Virus record (IMG/VR): IMGVR_UViG_3300011335_000468
Location: 1-32,380 of that record
From: a virus
Taxonomy: Duplodnaviria > Caudoviricetes
DNA: 32,380 nt
Direction: 5' to 3' (one strand)
Shown here: piece by piece, positions 22,901-29,325 of the stretch
Layout of the letters: each line of letters starts with the position of its first letter
Numbering within the stretch: position 1 is the first letter of the stretch
Made by a program: the position numbers and the translations under genes
The notes under the pieces: generated by a model
The model's database searches: none
Seen by the model: the letters and a program-made list of their open reading frames with translations, nothing else
What the model was told of the DNA's origin: nothing

Positions 22901-25127
22901 AATGATGCTTGGCAGTAAGTCTGACTTTACTACATTCATCCACGAACTTGCACATTACAACTTGACGGTACTTGGTCGGATTGCTTCTGATCCACAATCT
23001 CCATCTCAAATTAGAGAGGATATGGATACGACACTTTCTTGGTTTGGAATTGCTGGAGAGACTCCAGAGCAAAGACTTGCGAACTGGAACGCAATGACTT
23101 TGGAAGAACAGAGACCGCATCACGAAACATTTGCATACAACCACGAAATATATTTGTCAGAAGGCAAATCACCAAGCATTGAAATGCAGGGTGTGTTTGA
23201 ACGATTCAGTCAATTCGTCAAGAGAATCTACATTTCAATTCGCGACGACCTGAACGCCATATACAAACAGGAATTCGGGACAGATCTTCCAATGATGACT
23301 GGAGAGATCCGCAGGGTCATGGACAGAATGATTGCAACCGATGAGCAAATTCGTTCTGCCGAAGAGCGAAGAAATATGGAGGACACTTTCAGGGATCAAG
23401 AATTATCTGGAATGGATGATGCTCAATGGGCTTCATACCAGCAGATGAGAGCGGAAGCCACACAGAAATCAGTGTCGGAATTGAACGAGCAAAGTCTTGC
23501 TGCGACAACATGGGCTTCAAGGCTGAAGGCTAATAAAGTCAAGGAAATACAAGCCGAGCAAGAAGAACTCCGCAGTGAAATTCGCAAGCAGGTCAAGAAG
23601 GAAGTTGAGTCTCGAAATGTGTATCGAGCAATCAAGTTTCTCAAGTATGGAATTTTGCAGACGGCTGGAGGCGAAGAAGTTGAATTTACTGGTTCAAACA
23701 AATTGAACACGAATGCAGTCAAACTTATGGTTCCTAAAGAGAACATGGATAAGTTTGGATCTGGCAAGAATGGAATGGTTGCCCTTGACGGATACCACCC
23801 AGACATTGTTTCAGAAAGATTTAACTATTCATCTGGCGACGAACTTATCCTTGCAATTCTTGACGCAAAGCCAATGGATGAGGTCATTGATGGGATCACC
23901 GAAGATCGTATGGAAATTGAAAACGGTGAACTCAATTCTCCACAGGCTATCGAAGCGGCTGCTGACAAGGCAGTCCATAACGAGGCAAGAGTCAAACTCG
24001 TTGCCGTCGAACTGCGGTGGCTGAGCAAGGCAACCCAGCCAGTTCGTGCAATGATTGCAGCGGCAAAGTCTGTCGCAAAGCAGATGCTTGAGACCAAGAG
24101 GCTTCGAGACATCAAGCCAGGAGATTACGCATCCGCAGCGGCAAGGGCTGCCAAAGAATCGCAGACTGCATATTTCGCCACCCAAAGCGCAGAGACGGCA
24201 GCCAAGACCGCTTACACGCGTCACTACAACAAGATGATCGCTGAGGGGGCTGAAGAAGCGAAAGCCGTTGAGATGGCAACCAAGGTCTCTGATGAGGCAC
24301 TGGCAAAGGCAGAGTCTCGGTCAGAGGCACACAAGAAGAAGTACGGCAAGATGAAGCCGAGCGAGGTTGCGGCACAGGCAAAGCGTTCCCAACTCCTACA
24401 GGAGCAGTTGGCGCTGGAGGCAAATGATGCACTTGACCAAGTTAAGAAGTCGCTCAAGTACCTGAGGAATGTCCTCAGCGACAAGAATGTGCAGAAGATT
24501 GGCGCAGACAATTCAGATCAGATTGCTCTTCTTTTAGAACGATTTGAGTTGAAGAACATTTCATTGAAAGAAATGGATAAGCGGACTTCTCTTGCCGATT
24601 GGATTGCAGGTCAGTTGGAATTAGGTCTTGAAGTTGACATTTCTAAAGAACTCGTTGATCAAGCAAATAAAATCTCTTATCGAAATCTGACGCTAAGTGA
24701 ATTCAATGATTTGGTCGATGCGGTCAAGACAATCGAGTACATGGGCAAGAATGAAAACGCAGTTCTTACTGCCGCAAAGAAGGCTGCGTTCAAAGAGACA
24801 AGAGACGAGATAGTCAAAAGCATTAAAGAAAACGCTGGAGACAGAAAGGCAAGTACACGAACACCTAAATCAGGAACAATTGGTGTATTTACTAATCAAG
24901 TAACAAGATTTCTTGCAGCGCAATTTAAGGCTGCATCTATTGTAAGAATTTTGGATGGAGGAAAAGATGATGGGCTTCTATGGAATTATTTGATTCGACC
25001 TGCAAATAAACGCGGCGACAAAGAAACGACTATGAAGGCAACTGCTACGGAAGCAGCATCAAGATTCTTAACCCATTTTTTAAATCTGGAAAAATGGGTG
25101 GAAAAGGAAAATTCTTTGTTTCTGTAA
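16983..25127 (+). CDS. Large polyvalent ejection protein, N-terminal 2714 aa (LPD22-like, two ART-PolyVal-like, HhH-glycosylase-like, GNAT and HExxH metallopeptidase domains)
   Basis: AAIAHDDIDNL; FH/YHST...GY/FxG...F.P..IKS twice; TSP...N...GQKV...N...VDIW..R...LQALRW; KLDCFDTILPGYYAAHGF; FTTFIHELAH...HETFA. Confidence 0.85.
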   Translation: MINQPELETIDSSMTSPPKDVLSYSVSQNPVASELDGDSIDSSIQNALTETASNQSKKTPISIPVQELTPIERAVNEYAQINNARNKTALNQSLVSASAKDPDTAAKSQALATSLNVSTGVVDFDIELAKRQRLLRQAEAMKLAEKYPSLARSFLNQDFAAIAHDDIDNLAKTSDISRRLIATEKSPSDSLPLEFDPIRTANYYATNTLEGFKSDWERGYKSGDITDRSSKLGYSAFTAPGSESRDAYIFQAENLKSKTEEYLGTWTESLAELAGQMAPMTVEAAATGVVASGGAALVASIFPPAELPLVPGAFAAGFAGSMSYQSYEIETGASYLDLRKGDEDYDPMSHEEAAAIAPTIGLINAVLETASNFFFFIPGAKLANYALKKTVKETVSKSLRKATVGKLARSAAVRVLKTGSLETVTEVLQTIVPKIVREANVPEGRMSAFDTEEGRKRFADEIAVTIEKTFKGAFLLGLIPGGAKFIHERSIFNESKNQQEDITNLINIAKESKVNKRSKTTYNSYLAQQLSGESLHIGVDQFEQIRKKSEVSLEELEKIIPGITKQVAEAKASSSDIVIPTSLYLSELIDTEFGVSIRNDIRADAEGMSINEIAESQEFLKELKSINKQAVEDFKKTNKDWAESAGNIEEEVFAKIKAAGNYTEEEARMLAQWHRDTAVVLASRFGMTPEEFNAKFGLSIESAYTPEQQAPAQGSLEQAQVAKMDSDYIAAVESGDVETQQRMVNEAATKANLTEAFHSTKSKGEISEFRTRTSSINTMGILGETEVTREAAFFTEEEAFANAFGKNVKKYFLNTQNIYDAMSYANDQNIRSSFIEWLGEDVPSSDPESELNLTEKAKYAQNMWQFLDGELGKQFRTFLESKGYSGIKFDEETTSSSGDVVGGTTIAIFNPQDIKSADSITRDESGKVVPLSRRFNLSSPNTFEQASRADLGLGQQVAPAPDSGVFDANNPPVSSEAIFALMDADGKIYYDINATMHGDLVETFPDITDTVIDGGFIVNGKYMMGKSDGGYSAFEGEQKQIDAVRNFTEQANTQGFQESNYRPAVVAWAKEKFGDRTAPDGSTVWQNFTEWFGDSKVVDAEGKPMVVYHSTSAKQYFEEFKPGYSGVYGRGIYMSSSIESTNVLASGTYNDRNYDNTRIFPLFASIKNPLVVNQTEFQDQVAAAVNITPEELSQKISEGRAIRNDAFPMGLEEKDIYTKLLQDAGFDGVEVQFKNYRDGVPEGQVVESYFVAFEPAQIKSAIANAGQFSATDPNILRQAAVRQTAMPSVTTINPVSPIGLAVASIPATGVESIKDSNTFFKKVWKKLLIATGKQIRSKSDESVKAVAKMAVADMQGFVGDNPQFANYYSQDWIKTRVLLDDYAGRPITNDEFLMFRVIDGLTSPNTMLPSNISDTVKMWTHWMNKESFDEFLLGPKPITGTSVVFESAESISGTTANVKVRTVKIVANLVKELGSVKAAIDYLREPVTVKELHAVNKTLGYAGNVSNIGNIRALVQMATGQDTLIPRMFIFGQKVGAYTLNSIGDERFTTVDIWESRYIRSFFSGMFENEIGLPVDEKEHNTFVRFGYAFKDEMERVTGKTWTPSSLQALRWFYIIAATRSAGYSKASTSETISTYTNRVLQSTFDYDQPRETNATNSTTTPPRRIEPKKYERNIDRDLDAKGITDPKQRREYTQQSWIRFARSNRVVDEVGFQFDTDRSGVPRRSGTLSGLATVATHTPGVRLVDALAKAGVNTQPYVELEPTTEGVKTFSDLVRKVNANSKFGTAVYVYSDADYAKKRLFISESGKSGFALSPDGDIVSVFSESGSREGRGAMILATQMGGTKLDCFDTILPGYYAAHGFRAVARVPWSDEFTPAGWDFNAFGQYNGGRPDVVYMVYEEKYSKPYSNTDGVVVSNPDEAVAIQTKDIKTEADRAATSKARYAQLVRPPSTEFAQSAQNKPARGFFNPKQLKMMLGSKSDFTTFIHELAHYNLTVLGRIASDPQSPSQIREDMDTTLSWFGIAGETPEQRLANWNAMTLEEQRPHHETFAYNHEIYLSEGKSPSIEMQGVFERFSQFVKRIYISIRDDLNAIYKQEFGTDLPMMTGEIRRVMDRMIATDEQIRSAEERRNMEDTFRDQELSGMDDAQWASYQQMRAEATQKSVSELNEQSLAATTWASRLKANKVKEIQAEQEELRSEIRKQVKKEVESRNVYRAIKFLKYGILQTAGGEEVEFTGSNKLNTNAVKLMVPKENMDKFGSGKNGMVALDGYHPDIVSERFNYSSGDELILAILDAKPMDEVIDGITEDRMEIENGELNSPQAIEAAADKAVHNEARVKLVAVELRWLSKATQPVRAMIAAAKSVAKQMLETKRLRDIKPGDYASAAARAAKESQTAYFATQSAETAAKTAYTRHYNKMIAEGAEEAKAVEMATKVSDEALAKAESRSEAHKKKYGKMKPSEVAAQAKRSQLLQEQLALEANDALDQVKKSLKYLRNVLSDKNVQKIGADNSDQIALLLERFELKNISLKEMDKRTSLADWIAGQLELGLEVDISKELVDQANKISYRNLTLSEFNDLVDAVKTIEYMGKNENAVLTAAKKAAFKETRDEIVKSIKENAGDRKASTRTPKSGTIGVFTNQVTRFLAAQFKAASIVRILDGGKDDGLLWNYLIRPANKRGDKETTMKATATEAASRFLTHFLNLEKWVEKENSLFL

Positions 25128-26824
25128 ATGAAAGCCTGAACAGAGAAGAAAAACTTGTTATTGCATTGAATATGGGAAATGAAGGAAATATCCAAAGAAT
25201 GCTTGATGGATATGGATGGACTATTGAACAGGTTATTCCAATTCTTGAGTCAATGACAACAGAAGAATTGAACGCCGTACAAGAAATTTGGGATCTTTTT
25301 GGAACATACAAAAATGAAATTTCAGCCAAGTCAAGAAGGATTTATGGCAAGGATCTTGATTTTATTGAGCCAACTCCAATTCAAATAAAGTCTTCTAGTG
25401 GTGAAATTGTAAGTTTGAGGGGTGGCTATTACCCAGCAAAATATGATCCGATGGCAAGTCTTGCGGCAGAAAATTACAACGAAGCAGAAAAGGCAAAAGA
25501 CTTGCTACGAGCAGCGCACATCAGCGCAACAACAAGTCGCGGATACTCAAAGCAACGAGCAGCAAAAGTAGTTGATCGACCACTTATTAGAAATCTTTCT
25601 GCGCTTTACTCTGGACTGAATGAAGTCATTCACGATCTTTCGTGGCATGAATGGACAATTGATGCCAACAAACTTATGCGTGACAATGCATTTGACAAAG
25701 AAATTCGAGAGAGATACGGTCCAGCGTTTAAGGATCAATTGAAGTCTTGGATTAAAGATGTTGCCGCTGGCGAAAAGGGTATGGATACAGATGCTGACAT
25801 TGCATTGAATTTTTTGCGACAAGGAATTAGTTCGGCTGGACTTGGATTTAATCTTCAAAGTGCAGTACTTCAGATTACTGGTTTTAATCAAAGCGTTGTT
25901 CGAGTTGGTCCAAAATATATTGGCTATGGAATTATGCAGGTAATGAAGCGCGGAACAGGTGCTTTTCGAGAAGTCAACGAACTTTCTGATTTTATGGCAA
26001 ACAGGTCAAGGACTCAATTCAGAGAGTTAAATGAACTTAGGAATCAAGTTCAGGGTCAAAGCGCTGCAATGAAACGAGTCAGAATGGGTACATATTTTCT
26101 AATGATGAAAATGCAGCGGAGTGTAGATGTCCCAACATGGATTGGTGCATACGCAAAGCAACTTGAAATAAATCCAGATGAACAACTAGCAATAGACATT
26201 GCAGATCAAACTGTTATTGATACGCAGGGTTCTGGTATGGTTAAAGACCTTTCTGCCATTGAACGGGGTGGCGCTGGAACAAAATTATTTACTGTGTTTT
26301 ATGGATACATGAACACCGTGTACAACATGGCTGCTGTTGAAACAATGACAGAAAAGAAGCGGGGCAAACTGGCTGCTAAATATGTAATGCTTTTTGTTGT
26401 CCCAGTTGTTTTAAGTTATGCGCTAAAACAACTTCTCAAACCCAAAAAAGATGACGACGATGAATTTGATTTGGAGCAATTGTCAAAAGATCTTTCAATT
26501 GAGCAGATTGAATATCTGATGGGAACAATGGTTGTTGCAAGAGAATTCTCGCAAATTGCTAGGACGATGATTGACCCTTCAGCGCCAAGTATGGGATACA
26601 GCGGACCTGCTGGACTTAGAACTATTAAAGATACATACACGGCGGCAACGCAGATTGGTCAGGGCGAATTTGATAGTGCATTTAGAAAAAGCGCAATTAA
26701 TCTTATTGGAGATATAAGTGGTCTCCCATCGGCTCAGGTCAACAGAACGATTGATGGGATCGAAGCGTTGATGGAAGACGAAACAACTGACATACGAGCG
26801 CCATTGTTTGGTGTCAGAAAATGA
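25094..26824 (+). CDS. C-terminal part of the large ejection protein in the -1 frame; probably one gene with 16983-25127 (about 3,280 aa if fused)
   Basis: Frame is open from 25010 and overlaps the upstream ORF; IALNMGNEGN, GGYYPAKYD, DTQGSG...DLSAIERG and KLFTVFY resemble C-termini of BPP-1-like giant virion proteins. Confidence 0.75.
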   Translation: MGGKGKFFVSVNESLNREEKLVIALNMGNEGNIQRMLDGYGWTIEQVIPILESMTTEELNAVQEIWDLFGTYKNEISAKSRRIYGKDLDFIEPTPIQIKSSSGEIVSLRGGYYPAKYDPMASLAAENYNEAEKAKDLLRAAHISATTSRGYSKQRAAKVVDRPLIRNLSALYSGLNEVIHDLSWHEWTIDANKLMRDNAFDKEIRERYGPAFKDQLKSWIKDVAAGEKGMDTDADIALNFLRQGISSAGLGFNLQSAVLQITGFNQSVVRVGPKYIGYGIMQVMKRGTGAFREVNELSDFMANRSRTQFRELNELRNQVQGQSAAMKRVRMGTYFLMMKMQRSVDVPTWIGAYAKQLEINPDEQLAIDIADQTVIDTQGSGMVKDLSAIERGGAGTKLFTVFYGYMNTVYNMAAVETMTEKKRGKLAAKYVMLFVVPVVLSYALKQLLKPKKDDDDEFDLEQLSKDLSIEQIEYLMGTMVVAREFSQIARTMIDPSAPSMGYSGPAGLRTIKDTYTAATQIGQGEFDSAFRKSAINLIGDISGLPSAQVNRTIDGIEALMEDETTDIRAPLFGVRK

Positions 26825-26828
26825 TACA

Positions 26829-26860
26829 GGTACCCATATTCTTTTCGAAGATTCTAAATT
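26829..26860 (+). promoter_or_regulatory. Candidate phage late promoter, copy 3
   Basis: GGTACCCATA-N16-TAAATT upstream of the tailspike cluster. Confidence 0.7.
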
Positions 26861-26877
26861 CAAACTAGAGGACACAT

Positions 26878-29271
26878 ATGACTATTTCTAGCACCGTACG
26901 AATTGCAGGACCGTTCACAGGCAATGGTGTAACGACCACATTTCCTTTTTCATACAAGGTGTTTAGCACGGCTGATGTGCAAGTCATTCGGTTGACTATT
27001 TCAACTGGTATTGAGACGACTCTGACCCTTGTCACCGACTACAACATTACGCTTAATGGCGATCAGGACAGCAATCCTGGCGGCAACATTGTGATGGTCA
27101 CACCGCTGCTTGCCCTGTACAAACTGACTGCCACCAGCGACATTGCCAACCTCCAGCCAACCGATCTGACCAACCAAGGTGGCTTCTACCCTGAGGTCAT
27201 TACGGACGCTTTGGATCGAGCCACAATCCAAATCCAGCAGATTTCCGACATTGGTGATCGAACACTCAAGATCCCAATCAGCGATGGCGCGTTAAACATG
27301 GAGTTGCCAACGGCTGCGTCTAGGGCGAACTCGTTCCTAGCCTTTGGCGCAACAGGCTTGCCGACTGTGGTAACGGCTGGTTCGAGCGGTGCGCCTACGA
27401 CAATGACCCGCCAGAACTTTAGCGGTACTGGTTCGCAGGTTGCGTTTACTTTGGCAAGTGACCCAGGTGCGCTTGGCAATAGCGCCGAGGTGTTCATTGG
27501 CGGTGTGTATCAGAACAGGACTACCTACACGATCAGCGGCACGACTTTGACCTTTAGCGCAGCCCCAGTCCTTGGCACTGACAACATTGAGTTTGTCAAT
27601 TTCTTGACTGACGCTATTGGTTCGACCAGCGCGGACTTGGTGACATACACGCCAGCGGGTACAGGCGCGGTCGCACGAAGCGCACAATCAAAGATGCGTG
27701 ACACCGTCAGCGTCAAGGATTTTGGTGCTGTAGGTGATGGCGTAACGGACGATACGGCTGCGATTAATGCGGCGTTAGCAACAAAAAAATCAGTTTACTT
27801 TCCATCAGGCACATACATGACTACTGGTGGACATGTAATTCCTTATGTCAACGAAACAACTGACCAAACAATATTTGGGGATGCGGCGTTTAGCACAATT
27901 ATTAAAAAGATATCAGGAACATTAGCGGTCTTTGATTTTCGTCAATTTGTTCATACTTCAATTAAAGATTTAACAATTGATGGAAATGGTCTTGCTGGTG
28001 TGGGTATTATGTGGAGATCACATAATGCAATAATTGATCACATAATTATTAAAAATGTTGCAGATTACGCTATTTGGATAAGTGGTTCAAATCTATGTAA
28101 TTATTACAACATTTCAACTTTTGTGTGTAGTGGAGGAATTAAGTTTGATTCTGTAAATGACCCAATAAGTGTTCCAACTTATGCTTGTTTGTATTCAAAT
28201 TTTCATGGGATTAGTTTAGATATCAATGCTGTTAATTTTTCGGCACTTTCTTTAGCAAGCGGTATGGTTCAACTTGTTTTATTTTCTGGAGTTCATATTG
28301 AACCAACATTTGTTACTGCTAATACGGCTTCATATGTAAACATTACTGGAGTCAACACCTCAAACATTACATTTGAAAATGTACGAGCAGAATTAAGTTT
28401 GCTTGGAACTTCATTTTTTAATATTACGGGTGTTGGCGTTCACTCAATAAAATTTGACAAATGCAGAATTAGTGCAACTCAACAATCAGCACCATTGTTT
28501 GCAGCAAACGCAACATACGGAATTTCAATAATTGATTGTAGTTTTTATGCTGGAGAAACTTTGGCAAATTTCCCAGTTGCTTCGCCACGAATTAAACTTA
28601 CAAATGTTGTCAACGCAACAATACAAGGATGCATAACAAGTTTCAAAGACGCTTTTGTATTTATTGAAACAATTTTAGCATGTCAATATATTACAGAAAG
28701 CAACAATAGTTCTTTGCCGTGGGTCTATGGATCATGGACTGTAACACCAGCCGTAAACGGATCAAATACTTGGAGTGATACTTCACTAAATATAAAGTGT
28801 GAAAACGGTGGGTTTGCACAAAATCATTCTACCGCTTTATTTTCAATAACTAAATCAAACAATGAAAACGATTTTAATACAAGTATAAATAGAGCAACAA
28901 CAATAGCAGATGATTCTTATTATGATTTGTTTGGGGATGGAGGAACAACTAATCTTGGATCCAATTTTCTTGCGCTTGTGACTATTGCTGCTGGAAATCA
29001 AACCACTTTAAATTCCATTAATAATTTTGCAATGCTTTATATTTCATGTTCAAGTTCTTCTGGTGTTGCTTTTGCATCGTCTATGTTGGGCAGCAATGTT
29101 GAAGTTGATTTAATGACAACAACAGCAAGTTTAGCAGATACAACTGATGGAAGATTAGGAGTTCAAATTGGGGATGCCGTACCAACTACTGAGCGGTATG
29201 TCCGAATTTATAATCGAACTGGTGTTGCTTTACTTCTTAATTTAAAAATAGAAAATATGGATCGTTCGTGA
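26878..29271 (+). CDS. Tailspike 1: virion-anchor domain, adaptor domain and pectate-lyase-like beta-helix
   Basis: GPFTGNGVTTTFPFSYKVF anchor; FSGTGSQVAFTL...VFIGGVYQ...YTISGTTLTFSAAP module; VSVKDFGAVGDGVTDDTAAINAAL...VYFPSGTY. Confidence 0.9.
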   Translation: MTISSTVRIAGPFTGNGVTTTFPFSYKVFSTADVQVIRLTISTGIETTLTLVTDYNITLNGDQDSNPGGNIVMVTPLLALYKLTATSDIANLQPTDLTNQGGFYPEVITDALDRATIQIQQISDIGDRTLKIPISDGALNMELPTAASRANSFLAFGATGLPTVVTAGSSGAPTTMTRQNFSGTGSQVAFTLASDPGALGNSAEVFIGGVYQNRTTYTISGTTLTFSAAPVLGTDNIEFVNFLTDAIGSTSADLVTYTPAGTGAVARSAQSKMRDTVSVKDFGAVGDGVTDDTAAINAALATKKSVYFPSGTYMTTGGHVIPYVNETTDQTIFGDAAFSTIIKKISGTLAVFDFRQFVHTSIKDLTIDGNGLAGVGIMWRSHNAIIDHIIIKNVADYAIWISGSNLCNYYNISTFVCSGGIKFDSVNDPISVPTYACLYSNFHGISLDINAVNFSALSLASGMVQLVLFSGVHIEPTFVTANTASYVNITGVNTSNITFENVRAELSLLGTSFFNITGVGVHSIKFDKCRISATQQSAPLFAANATYGISIIDCSFYAGETLANFPVASPRIKLTNVVNATIQGCITSFKDAFVFIETILACQYITESNNSSLPWVYGSWTVTPAVNGSNTWSDTSLNIKCENGGFAQNHSTALFSITKSNNENDFNTSINRATTIADDSYYDLFGDGGTTNLGSNFLALVTIAAGNQTTLNSINNFAMLYISCSSSSGVAFASSMLGSNVEVDLMTTTASLADTTDGRLGVQIGDAVPTTERYVRIYNRTGVALLLNLKIENMDRS
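27700..27765 (+). repeat. 66-nt direct repeat shared by the two tailspike genes, copy 1
   Basis: 60 of 66 nt identical to 29416-29481 by manual alignment. Confidence 0.85.
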
Positions 29272-29325
29272 TTAACAACCCACAATGATCACCAACCCAC
29301 AATCTAAACAAAGGAAACCACAAAC

